From: a virus | Lineage: Duplodnaviria > Caudoviricetes | DNA: 64,000 bases | IMG/VR virus record: IMGVR_UViG_3300032167_007466 | Location: 45,290-109,289 of that record | Strand: one strand, 5' to 3' | Shown: positions 46,468-56,458 of the stretch, piece after piece | How positions within the stretch are numbered: position 1 is the first letter of the stretch | How the letters are laid out: every line of letters starts with the position of its first letter | The notes under the pieces: generated by a model | Database searches by the model: none | What the model saw: only the letters and a program-made list of their open reading frames with translations | What the model was told of the DNA's origin: nothing | Made by a program: the position numbers and the translations under genes

Positions 46468-48603
46468 ATGGATGATTTTATAGTCAAACTTATTGCGAGG
46501 TTGGATTCAAGCAAAACTCCCGACGATTTAAGAAAGATTGAACAAGAGTTAAATAAAAAAAAGATAAATCTTCAAACTGTATTAGATACAGCTACTACTC
46601 AAAAAGAACTTAAAAACCTTGCAAAACAGATGCGAGAAGTCTTAAAATCTGAGGGTATTGATATTGATACAAGCACCATTTTAAGTTCATTAAAAAAAGC
46701 ACAAAAAGCAGCCGAAGATGCCAACAAAGCACAACAAGAAGGAACAAAAGAAAATATCCGTCTTCGCAAACAAGAGCTGGAGAATATTAGACAGAAAAAC
46801 AAAGAGTTGGCGGCTGAAACCGATACAATCAAAAAGACCACTGCAAATGCAAAAGCGAGACATCGAGAGGAAATGGAAGCCATTGATGCCGAAAGGGAGG
46901 CACTTGCTAAGAAAAGAAGGCTTGAAGATGAAAGAGCACGAAAATCTACTTCTCAAACAAAAATGGACAATATCAAGTTTTCTTTGGATAACGGGCATGG
47001 TGTTAGTGCATATCAAAACAGAATAAATTCTCTTATTGCTGACTTTGAAAGATACGGTGTTGCAACAAACAAAGCAGAAGCCGAAACAGCTCAGCTACAA
47101 CAGATTTTAAATAATATGAAAGGGATGTCTGGTGAGCAATTAATAGCCGAAGCAGACAGACTCGAACAAGAATTTAAAGCCGTCAAGGTTTCTGTTGACC
47201 AAGCAAAGTTGTCTTTTGATAAATTTAACCAACCCGTTTCAACAGAAAAGGCTTCGTCATTAATTCTGAGAATAAACACATTTTTAAGCAAGAACACTAA
47301 AATAACCGAAGAGGCAAAGGTTAAGTTACAGGAATATGTGCGCTTGCTTGAGGGTGGCGGTGTAACGCTTGGAAAGTGGAATGAGTATAACAATGAACTC
47401 AAAAAAGTAGAAACCTCAATGCGTGGTCTTGGTAGACTTGGTGCTAACTTAAGACAACAAATGAAACAGGCTGCCGAAAGCTTTACTCAATGGGTTTCTG
47501 TAAGTTCTGCAATTATGTTGGTTATCTCAAAAACCAAACAAGCAATGACTGAACTTAAAGAGGTTAACACACTTTTAACTGAGATTAGCAAGGCAAACGA
47601 AAACCTTTCCAAATCCCAATTAAAAGGCATTGGGAACAACGCGTTTGATGTTGCAAGTGATTACGGTAAAAAGGCAACTGATTATCTCGCTGGCGTTCAA
47701 GAAATGTCGAGAGCTGGTTATTATGATACAGCCGAAGAAATGGGTGAGCTTTCAGTAAAAGCTCAGGGTGCTGGCGATATGACGGCAGAAGTTGCAAACA
47801 AATTCATTGTGGCAACTGATAAAGCATATATGCTTGGCGGCTCGTTAAAAGATTTGACAAGCATTATGGATGGCGTAAACTACATAACCAATCATAATGC
47901 AATAAATATGACTGAACTCTCGGAAGGATTTTCAGTTGTAGCGTCTACGGCTTCATCTTTTGGTGTAGAAGCAAACGAATTAACTGCCGCACTTGCGACT
48001 ATGGGCTCAAGAACTCAACAGAGTGGTTCTGAGGTAGCCCGTGCATTCCGTGCAATTTTACTTAATATTAGGCAGGTTTCCGATGAAGAAGAAGGTATCG
48101 ATGCCGAGGGTCTTACAAAGTATGAGAATGCTTGTAATGCACTCAACGTTTCTCTTAAAGAAACCAAGAATGGTGTGCTCCAGACGAGAGATGCTATGGA
48201 TGTTTTGCACGACCTTTCTATTGAATATAATAAACTTGACGAGAACGATTTAAGGAGAACAAACCTTCTTAATGCGGTTGGTGGAAAACTTAGAGCGACA
48301 CAATTAGACGCGCTATTGCGTGGATGGTCTGAGTACGAAAAGATGCTCGGTCAGTTTGAAGATGGCACTGGTTCAATGGCAAAAGAAGCCGGAAAAACCG
48401 CAAATAGTTGGGAAGGCTCTATGAACAGGCTTTCCAACACTTGGACTGACACCATTGGAAATATTGCTGATTCTGATGGAGTAATTGGACTTATAAAATC
48501 CCTTGATTGGATTTTAGATAAAATAAACAATCTCACAGACGCATTGGGCTCACTTGGTTCAATAGGAACTATAGCAGGCATAACACTTAACAAAAAGCTG
48601 GGT
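46468..48603 (+). CDS. Tail tape measure protein, exon 1
   Basis: Helical protein with TP901-type TMP core (N...INM.EL, SG.EV.RA); ends KKLG at GGT|TAA. Confidence 0.9.
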
Positions 48604-49145
48604 TAATTATCGCATTTTAACTTACCGTAGGCTAAATGGTCTTGCGAGGCTCAGTGGTATATCTCGTGCCGGAATGAAAGATGTCTGGATAAAACACAAA
48701 GACAAATGGTTATTCATTTTAAGATATACCTATGTTGTAAAATAAAATAAATAAACTGTATGGTAAGGTACAGGCTGTTATATATCTAAGTGTCAACTAC
48801 TTAGATTTGGGATTTAGAAATAACCCAACAAGGACGGGAAAGGCTCACGTGACTCTATAAATTAAGCGTGATGACCCAATTCGCAGAGGGGCGTACTGCT
48901 TTTAGTAAGTGCCACTCCCATCGACTATTAGACAGACACGGATAAACGAAAGTGGATACGTGAAGATATAGTCAAGCCGCCAACCTTGAGTAAGTTGGTA
49001 AAAAGTTGTTCGTTTGTCGTATGCGAAAGCCGAAATACGATGAGTAACACATCTCTTTTATTAGTCTGTATGTGTGAACAGATAATAAAATAAAGTGTAT
49101 TCGTGCGATAATTATAATTTACAATATATAAAGGATTATAGTACG

Positions 49146-49331
49146 ATGATCAAAACAAACAATAAGACAGCAAAGCACTTATTGCTTGATAGTGGAAAAG
49201 CAAGCACAAATAACGAGTGTTTTGACAGAGCAAACGATGTTATTAAAATTAAAACTGATGTTGTTACAGATACGCAAGGGAATATAATAATAATTGAAAC
49301 ACCTCGACCAGAGTATTTATACACATTATAG
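49146..49331 (+). CDS. 61-aa intron-borne sense-strand peptide
   Basis: AAGGA RBS, ATG 49146; C-terminus similar to the convergent 53-aa peptide. Confidence 0.55.
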   Translation: MIKTNNKTAKHLLLDSGKASTNNECFDRANDVIKIKTDVVTDTQGNIIIIETPRPEYLYTL

Positions 49332-49332
49332 T

Positions 49333-49362
49333 AAAACAGGAGACAGTTATTTGTCTCCTGTT
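49333..49362. terminator. Hairpin between the convergent intron-borne genes
   Basis: AACAGGAGACA-gttatt-TGTCTCCTGTT; T-tract on the minus strand. Confidence 0.65.
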
Positions 49363-49508
49363 AGTATTTCAGAATTATTTTCCGATTCTTTGAGAGAAAA
49401 GGTTTCTACTAAATATTCTGGTTTTGGGGTTACGACATTAATCGGAACGCCCTTGCTATCTGTTAACTGAATATCTGTGTTCATTTTTATAGCATCATTT
49501 TCTGACAT
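49347..49508 (-). CDS. 53-aa peptide (not in ORF track)
   Basis: GGAGGTGA RBS; MSENDAIKMNTDIQLTDSKGVPINVVTPKPEYLVETF...; overlaps the end of the membrane gene. Confidence 0.7.
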   Translation of the reverse strand: MSENDAIKMNTDIQLTDSKGVPINVVTPKPEYLVETFSLKESENNSEILTGDK

Positions 49509-50073
49509 CTATCTCACCTCCCTGCACATAAATTTCAGTAACTTCCTGAACATTTTGAGTCGATTCGTAATAATCAATGGAAACATTAATAGCAAAAGAT
49601 AGGAATGTCACTATAAATGTTGCTGTAATCATTTTAATCAAACTACGATGTCTATCATTTTTCTTAATGTTGAGTTCTCTATTATGGATAGCATCGTTAA
49701 TAAAACGTTCAGCCATTTTTAATTCAAGAATTTCGTTAGCTTTATCTTTTTGATTTGTTTGAATTGAATTTAATACAGCAGTGTTTTGTGTGGCAATTGA
49801 TTTTATTGGAAATAACTGCGTTTTGTATCCAGAATATGTTCTAAAAAACATACCGATACAGATACAAAACATAATCGTAGATATTATGCAAAACACAAGA
49901 TAAACACCAGTATACCACAATAATTCGTAATTTTTAAATTGCGTCCATAACAATATTAATGCACTACCAATTATTGTTAAAAATGTAATACAAGTAGATA
50001 TTTTACCGTTTAGACGGTCATTGAATTCTATTTCTTTGTAATAGAGTTCTTTGTATTCCTGAAGTAAATCCAC
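49495..50073 (-). CDS. Three-TM membrane protein, defence-effector-like topology
   Basis: Amphipathic helix, TM hairpin, soluble helix, third TM; GGAGG RBS. Confidence 0.8.
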   Translation of the reverse strand: MDLLQEYKELYYKEIEFNDRLNGKISTCITFLTIIGSALILLWTQFKNYELLWYTGVYLVFCIISTIMFCICIGMFFRTYSGYKTQLFPIKSIATQNTAVLNSIQTNQKDKANEILELKMAERFINDAIHNRELNIKKNDRHRSLIKMITATFIVTFLSFAINVSIDYYESTQNVQEVTEIYVQGGEIDVRK

Positions 50074-50106
50074 AATATGTATCCTCCTTTGTGTTCTTTA
50101 GAAAAT

Positions 50107-50712
50107 TTACTTGTGCCCGTGTAAATCCCTATTCAATGCTTCGAGCCAACCGCCGGGTTTCCACTTAAATCCACACTTCTTGCAGACATTCCTATGATTG
50201 CCTGAACCAAGAAATCCTGTGGTTAATGTAAAACCTCTTGTTCCTGATGTGATATCTGTAGAGCCACATTGAGGGCAAGTAAGTTGTTTTTCGGTTGGTT
50301 TAGGTTGAGATTGAATTTGCTCTGCTTGTTTAGATTGGTTACGAAACTGAGACATTTTGAGTTCGTATTCTATAATGTCTTTTTCTTTGAGTTGTATCAT
50401 TGCCCGAAGAAAAGATTGGTCTGTTGATATGTCTGTAATAGTGAAATAATCGTCTATGGATAGTTTATCTAAAATAGAACTGTCATTTACAACGATACAA
50501 TGTTTTCCTACGGGTACTCCACAATTTGGACACTTGTCTGCTATTCCAGTGGTTTTTGTTCCACAGATACGACAAAGAATACATGTGTTACTTGACATTA
50601 GTTCATCTAAGCTCATGTTACTAACTGGATAAAAATTATTTTGAGAACATACGGGACACTTTTCTATGTTTTCATCTACTTGATAGCCACAAGTTTTACA
50701 ATACTTTTTCAT
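50107..50712 (-). CDS. Multi-zinc-ribbon protein
   Basis: Six CxxC pairs; AGGAG RBS before ATG 50712. Confidence 0.8.
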   Translation of the reverse strand: MKKYCKTCGYQVDENIEKCPVCSQNNFYPVSNMSLDELMSSNTCILCRICGTKTTGIADKCPNCGVPVGKHCIVVNDSSILDKLSIDDYFTITDISTDQSFLRAMIQLKEKDIIEYELKMSQFRNQSKQAEQIQSQPKPTEKQLTCPQCGSTDITSGTRGFTLTTGFLGSGNHRNVCKKCGFKWKPGGWLEALNRDLHGHK

Positions 50713-50759
50713 TAACTTCTCTCCTATAATATAGATAATCACACATTTTAACGATTTAT

Positions 50760-50788
50760 ATTATAGCACAAATTGTCATTGTTGTCAA
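50760..50788 (-). promoter_or_regulatory. Consensus sigmaA promoter for the intron cargo operon
   Basis: TTGACA (50788-50783), 17 nt, TGCTATAAT (50765-50760). Confidence 0.85.
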
Positions 50789-50791
50789 TTG

Positions 50792-53700
50792 CTTGCAAGG
50801 TTTGACAGCGAAGGCAAATTTGAATCTGTATTCAAACCAAAGCCAATAGAGATTAGTGAAAATGCCAACAACTTTTTTGATAAAACAAAAACATGGGACT
50901 TATCCGTATTAAAAACAAAGCAGGAGTTTGAAAATTTAAGTAAAGCAATTGGTGTTACTGACGATAGTTTAAAAAAGTTCCTCACAACAGAAGACGAAGC
51001 TTATAAAACAAAAGATTTGGCTACATACACCAAATACTTAAACGACCACAATAAAACGCTTGACCTTGCAACATTAAAAACGAAGGCTTGGGCTTTTGCT
51101 AAAAACATGGCTGTTAATGCGGCTATTGGTCTTGCTATGTACGGCGTCAATCTTTTAATCAAACAGTTTGATAAATGGATTGTAACTACGGAAGAATCGA
51201 GAGAAGCTTTAGCAAATCTTAAATCTGAATGTCAAACAATTGAGTCGGATTTAAAAGCAACAAATGATGAACTTGAAGTTACAAGACAACGAATGGATGA
51301 ACTTGAGGGCAAGGGAACTCTTACATTTACCGAAAAAGAAGAATATGATAATCTTGTAAAACAGAACAATGAACTTCAAAGAACAATTGACCTTCTTAAA
51401 TTAGAGCAAAAAGAAAAGAACAAAGAAAAAAATAAAACCTTTGTCGAGACGATGGAGAAGGATGTTGAACAGCATGGCGAATACCACGTAAGTGATTATG
51501 GTGGTAAGGTAAAAAAGGGTCATGGTGGGCGTGACATCGGTATGAATACCGATGAAAAAGCATATATCAATCAGCAATTCAAAGATTACCAAGACAATCT
51601 TGCTAAAATGGCTGAACTCGATGCCCAGTACAAAGACGACCTTGGCAATAAACAATACCAAAAAGACAGAAAACGACTTGAAGACCAAAATAAAAAGATT
51701 TCTGAATATCTTAGGGGTAAGAACACCGAATTTACTACGGATGCGGATGGTATTGAATATATTGAAAATCCATCAAACGACGATGAAGAAAAAGTAAATA
51801 AATGGCTTGACTTCATTAATGATTTTCAGGACAAAATGGCTATTGCTATGGGCGGTGACAACGCCGAGACAAATGCCTTTAATCGAGTTGTAGATAATTG
51901 GCAATTTGATGAAGTTGTTCAAGGTTTACAAGACTTAGGAAAAGAAGGCAAAGTTACTGCCGATATGCTTAACGACCCTAAATATGACGAGTTCATTCAA
52001 AAACTTGTATATTTAGGAATAATTGATAGCGCTGACAACTTAGATGAAATTGCCCTTGCTTTTAATAATGTCGGAACAGAAGCCGAAAACTCAGATGAAA
52101 AAGTCAATAAAATGACGGTTTCATTAGAAGACCTCACATCTGCATCAGAAGGCGTCTCAACACTTCAAAAAGCATTCAAAGAACTATCAGACGAAGGCTA
52201 CATAACAACTGAATCAATTTCTAAAATACAAGAAGCAACAGGTTTAGCAGGTGAAGAATGGAGTTCTTATCAGTCAAAACTTCTTAATGCTAAGGCTGGT
52301 ACTGCTGAGTTTAATCAAGTAATGACTGATTTGACATATAAAATACTTGATAACACATTTGCAGGTAAAGGCTTAACCGAAGTCACCGAAGAGCAGATTG
52401 CAGCAGTATTAAGAGAGAATGGTGTTACAAATGCAAGTGCAGTAGCACATAACTATGCAACACGAGCTAAAATCCATGCTAAATTAGCAACATTTGATTT
52501 TTCGAATGCCACAAAAGAAGAAATCGAAACCTTATATGAAGAAATGCGTACTATGGGCTTGACAGAAGGGGCTATTCAATCGCTGTCATCTGCTTATGCT
52601 TCTGCACAGACTGCAATGTTAGAGGCTGTTTCATCTGGTGCGATAGCAAGATTAGGTGTGTTGCAATCTGAGTTAGAAGGAGTTAAAAGTTTAGCAGAAG
52701 CCTATGCATTATTAGCTGGTTCTGGAGGTTATGATTCCAATAATGATGGCACAGTTGATTATGTAGGTTCCGAAAAAAGCCGAATGTCAGGAGATACTAA
52801 AACTAAGTACTTGGCAGACCGAGAAAAGGTTTTGGCTTATGGGCGAGCGGTCGAGGCTTTGGAGAACATAAAAAGTATTAATATTGCAGGAGCAGATGTT
52901 GTTCCTAAATACTCAGGTGGCAAATCAGGTTCAAGCGGTGGTGGTGGTTCCAAGAAAAATGACGCTCTTGACAACTACCTCAAAGATGCCGAAAATCGTT
53001 ATAAAGTACACCAAGACGAAACCAAATATATAAAAGAACTTCAATATGCCCACGACAATCTCACAAAAAATGATAAAGAACGACTTGATATTATCGGAAA
53101 AATCAACGAAGCATATCGTGACCTTGCAGATAACCGCATTAAAGACCTTGAACATCAAATTGATTTGACCAAGGAACTCAAAGGCGAAAATGCCGATGTG
53201 ACTGCTCAGTACAATGAAATCCAGAGAGTTGCACACGAAGAGGCAGAAAGACTTCGTGCTATGGGTTACGATGACAACTCAAATGAAATACAAGACCTGC
53301 AAAAGACTTGGTGGGATGCTCAAGATAAAAAACTTGATTGGCGTTGGAATAATTCTACAAATTGGATAGAAGAAAGAAAAGCCAAAGGAGATTGGAGTTT
53401 ATTTGGAGACTCGGAAGTCCAAGCTTGGGAAAGAGTTGTTAAGTGGTTGGAGCAAGACTACCCTAATGCTCTTGATAAAATTAAGGAAGCAAAAAATAAT
53501 CTTGTAGATGCCCGTTGGGAACATTCTAATAATTGGATAGATGAGCGAAACACATATAACGACTGGGCATTGTTCAATGATTCAGAAGTAGATGCTTGGG
53601 AACGTGTTGTTAAATGGCTTAAAAAAGATTATCCAGACGATATTAACAAAATCAAAGAGGCAGAACAAAATCTATTTGAAGCCAGAAAAGAACAGTTTGA

Positions 53701-54886
53701 TAAGGCAAACGATTTCGGCTCTTCCATACTTGATTCTCAAAAAACTCTATTGCAATCTTATTATGATGTTACAAATTCTATTGCAGAGGCTCAACACGAG
53801 ATTAACAAAGAACTTGAAACGTCTAAGACGATGTACGAATGGCTTGATAAAGACACCAGACAGTTATTATTTAATCAAACAGATTATAACACTTTGTCTG
53901 AAGAACTTTACGATATTCAATATAAAGCAGATAAACTTAGAAGACAGTATGAGAGAGACCTGAATAATTCTACGCTTGAAACTGTTGAAAGTATAACATC
54001 TCAGTATGAAATGCAATACGAAACTCTTATGAAGAGTTATGAGATTGCAAAAGCAGACCTTGAGATTGCCAAGAAGAAACAAAAACTTAACAATGTTCTT
54101 AATGAGCGTAATGTTAGAATGTTTATCAACGGTCAATGGCAATGGGTAGCAAACACAGAGGACGTTATAAATGCTAAGGCAGAGTTGGCTGATGCTGAGT
54201 ATGCTAAACAGGTTGAAGAAGCCGGATTAACACAGCAAGAATCTATCAACAATCTTACAAAGCAACAAGATGAGCTATCGGTTGTTATTAAGAAGTTTGA
54301 AAACGGAGTAATTACATTAGGCGAAGCAGTAGATGCTGCAAGGAATGCTATTGGAAATTTACCAAATGCATTAAATTCGATGTATAATAACGCTTCTTCT
54401 GGTGGAACTTCTAAATCTTCTAATAGGGTTTCTCGTTTACATCCATCTGTAGTTGGGGGTAGTTCTTATTCTACTAAAATCCCAAATGTTCAAGGTAATT
54501 ATACAGTAAATGGAGTGCAATATAGAAACAAATATGCAGAGGGAACTCGTTATACATCGGGCGGAATGACATTGATGGGAGAAGAAGGCTTTGAGGCTTA
54601 CATAAGTTCAAATGGTCATCTTATACCTATTAATCAACCTACTATCGGCAATATTCCAAGTGGCGGTATTGTCTTTAACACAGAACAAATGAGTAATTTA
54701 AGGTCGTTATGGGATATGAGTAATTTCAATATCAATCCAGACAGAAGTTATATAAATACACAACCACAGCAGATAAATCAGACCCACGATAATAGAATTA
54801 TTATCAATGGTATGACTGTTGATAGCGGAAGTTCAGACGGACAGGCACTTATCAGTGCACTACGCAGATATGTAGGAAATCATTAA
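50792..54886 (+). CDS. Tail tape measure protein, exon 2
   Basis: Long helical ORF without an RBS; YAEGT..GEEG.E C-terminal motif. Spliced product 2076 aa. Confidence 0.88.
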   Translation, partial: LARFDSEGKFESVFKPKPIEISENANNFFDKTKTWDLSVLKTKQEFENLSKAIGVTDDSLKKFLTTEDEAYKTKDLATYTKYLNDHNKTLDLATLKTKAWAFAKNMAVNAAIGLAMYGVNLLIKQFDKWIVTTEESREALANLKSECQTIESDLKATNDELEVTRQRMDELEGKGTLTFTEKEEYDNLVKQNNELQRTIDLLKLEQKEKNKEKNKTFVETMEKDVEQHGEYHVSDYGGKVKKGHGGRDIGMNTDEKAYINQQFKDYQDNLAKMAELDAQYKDDLGNKQYQKDRKRLEDQNKKISEYLRGKNTEFTTDADGIEYIENPSNDDEEKVNKWLDFINDFQDKMAIAMGGDNAETNAFNRVVDNWQFDEVVQGLQDLGKEGKVTADMLNDPKYDEFIQKLVYLGIIDSADNLDEIALAFNNVGTEAENSDEKVNKMTVSLEDLTSASEGVSTLQKAFKELSDEGYITTESISKIQEATGLAGEEWSSYQSKLLNAKAGTAEFNQVMTDLTYKILDNTFAGKGLTEVTEEQIAAVLRENGVTNASAVAHNYATRAKIHAKLATFDFSNATKEEIETLYEEMRTMGLTEGAIQSLSSAYASAQTAMLEAVSSGAIARLGVLQSELEGVKSLAEAYALLAGSGGYDSNNDGTVDYVGSEKSRMSGDTKTKYLADREKVLAYGRAVEALENIKSINIAGADVVPKYSGGKSGSSGGGGSKKNDALDNYLKDAENRYKVHQDETKYIKELQYAHDNLTKNDKERLDIIGKINEAYRDLADNRIKDLEHQIDLTKELKGENADVTAQYNEIQRVAHEEAERLRAMGYDDNSNEIQDLQKTWWDAQDKKLDWRWNNSTNWIEERKAKGDWSLFGDSEVQAWERVVKWLEQDYPNALDKIKEAKNNLVDARWEHSNNWIDERNTYNDWALFNDSEVDAWERVVKWLKKDYPDDINKIKEAEQNLFEARKEQFDKANDFGSSILDSQKTLLQSYYDVTNSIAEAQHEINKELETSKTMYEWLDKDTRQLLFNQTDYNTLSEELYDIQYKADKLRRQYERDLNNSTLETVESITSQYEMQYETLMKSYEIAKADLEIAKKKQKLNNVLNERNVRMFINGQWQWVANTEDVINAKAELADAEYAKQVEEAGLTQQESINNLTKQQDELSVVIKKFENGVITLGEAVDAARNAIGNLPNALNSMYNNASSGGTSKSSNRVSRLHPSVVGGSSYSTKIPNVQGNYTVNGVQYRNKYAEGTRYTSGGMTLMGEEGFEAYISSNGHLIPINQPTIGNIPSGGIVFNTEQMSNLRSLWDMSNFNINPDRSYINTQPQQINQTHDNRIIINGMTVDSGSSDGQALISALRRYVGNH

Positions 54887-54951
54887 GATATTAACTTATG
54901 GGCAGAGTGAGACATCTCTGCCCTATTATTATATTAGAAAGGAGTAAGAGT

Positions 54952-56442
54952 ATGCTAAATAAACCAAAATTTTTGTCTCCAAGTATTAATATGCATGGCA
55001 ATATGGTTATAGATTTGAATTCTATGGAACTACCTTTTTCTTGTATAGTAGACGGAGATGAAGCAATTACAAAGTGGCAAATTATAATATCTAAATTGGA
55101 CGATAATTCTATTGTTTTCGATAGTGGAGAACAAGAACTTGTAACTCCTTTTTACCCTATTAATAACCGCAATCAAAATGTTGTATTTAAAGTCAATTTA
55201 AAAGAATATTTTTCTACCGCTTCAGTCTGCTATTTTACAGCCGATAATACATATGATGACAAAAAAGTTTATTATACTTATACCGACGGAGTGTATAGTG
55301 AATATACGTACAACTCTGAAACTTGGAATACCGATTATAGCAATTTATTCTATATGAAATTTGTCAACAGTGGCGAAGAATACTACTGGAATATTACTTT
55401 GAAAGGCAGAACAGGAAATACCGTATCAAGTTGTGAAGAAGTCTTTTATGCCAATTCATTACCTAAAACTACTATATATTATAGTTATGATAACAATTTC
55501 ACGGATAAAGAAAATAATTTAATCGGCGACTTAATCCTTAAAGATGACGCTTCTTTGTCAAAACGAAAGGTATTCTTTAAAGCTGATTATGTACAAGATG
55601 AGGATATACATATAAAAAGATATGGTTGGCGTTTAACAGATACCGACAATAATTTTGTTATTATGGATACCATTACCCAAAATCAAATATATGGTATAGA
55701 TGATGATATTTCTTGTGAATGTAATGGATTGGTTAATCAAACCAATTATTTAATCGAATTGTATGTTGAAACTCAAAACGGATATTTTAACATCTTAAAC
55801 AATGTTAAGTTTAAAATAGATTATGTTGTAAAAGACATAGATGCAGACTTTGGTATTGTAGCCCTGAATAAAACATCAGGAATCATGTTAAATTGGGGTA
55901 ATTTAAGAACTACCGAGGGTATAGTTGAGGGCGAAGATGTTAGCTATACAACTAATTATCCTATTGCAGTTGCAGAAGAAAATGCTTTTCATTCCGGCTC
56001 TGTGTCTATTAACATTCCGAATGATAGCAGAGTTGTATTTTCAGATACATCAAACGGAAAATCGTTAGAGATTGACGAAGATTCTTATGTGGTTTTAAGT
56101 TTTCAAATAGATAAAACATCTGATGTCGTTATTCTTGAGATGTCAGGCTTTGATGACATATTCAAGCCCATTTCAAGAAAACTTTATTATGATTATAACG
56201 AAAATACTTTGAACTATATGGTTCAAAAGGGAGACGATGTAGTATATAATTCTGTTAATCTTTCAAACAAGACAGGTCAAACATGCTGGTATGTAGTAAC
56301 ATTATCGCCGATGTCGTCTGACAATGGAATTTACGCACCTTTAAAAGTTGTGGAAAATACTGCTGATAATGCATTGTTCCCCGAAGACGAATTGTATCCT
56401 GATGATGAACTTTATCCTGAAATAGGAGAATGGTATAAATAG
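54952..56442 (+). CDS. Tail tip/baseplate protein
   Basis: Follows the TMP gene; beta-rich. Confidence 0.65.
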   Translation: MLNKPKFLSPSINMHGNMVIDLNSMELPFSCIVDGDEAITKWQIIISKLDDNSIVFDSGEQELVTPFYPINNRNQNVVFKVNLKEYFSTASVCYFTADNTYDDKKVYYTYTDGVYSEYTYNSETWNTDYSNLFYMKFVNSGEEYYWNITLKGRTGNTVSSCEEVFYANSLPKTTIYYSYDNNFTDKENNLIGDLILKDDASLSKRKVFFKADYVQDEDIHIKRYGWRLTDTDNNFVIMDTITQNQIYGIDDDISCECNGLVNQTNYLIELYVETQNGYFNILNNVKFKIDYVVKDIDADFGIVALNKTSGIMLNWGNLRTTEGIVEGEDVSYTTNYPIAVAEENAFHSGSVSINIPNDSRVVFSDTSNGKSLEIDEDSYVVLSFQIDKTSDVVILEMSGFDDIFKPISRKLYYDYNENTLNYMVQKGDDVVYNSVNLSNKTGQTCWYVVTLSPMSSDNGIYAPLKVVENTADNALFPEDELYPDDELYPEIGEWYK

Positions 56443-56458
56443 AGAGGAGTGACTATGA

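Larger units (their letters stand above)
48604..50791 (+). mobile_element. Group I intron (2188 nt) in the tape measure gene, carrying non-endonuclease cargo
   Basis: IGS 48641-48654 CTTGCGAG-GCTCAG pairs with exon-2 CTTGCAAG (P10) and exon-1 CTGGGT (P1, U.G). P7 GACTA (48923-48927)/TAGTC within AAGATATAGTC (48963-48973). Terminal G at 50791; phase 0. Confidence 0.88.

Noticed and set aside
48604-50791. TMP pseudogene, frameshift or two separate genes
   Set aside because: P1, P10 and P7 pairings and phase-0 joining support a group I intron; exon 2 has no RBS.
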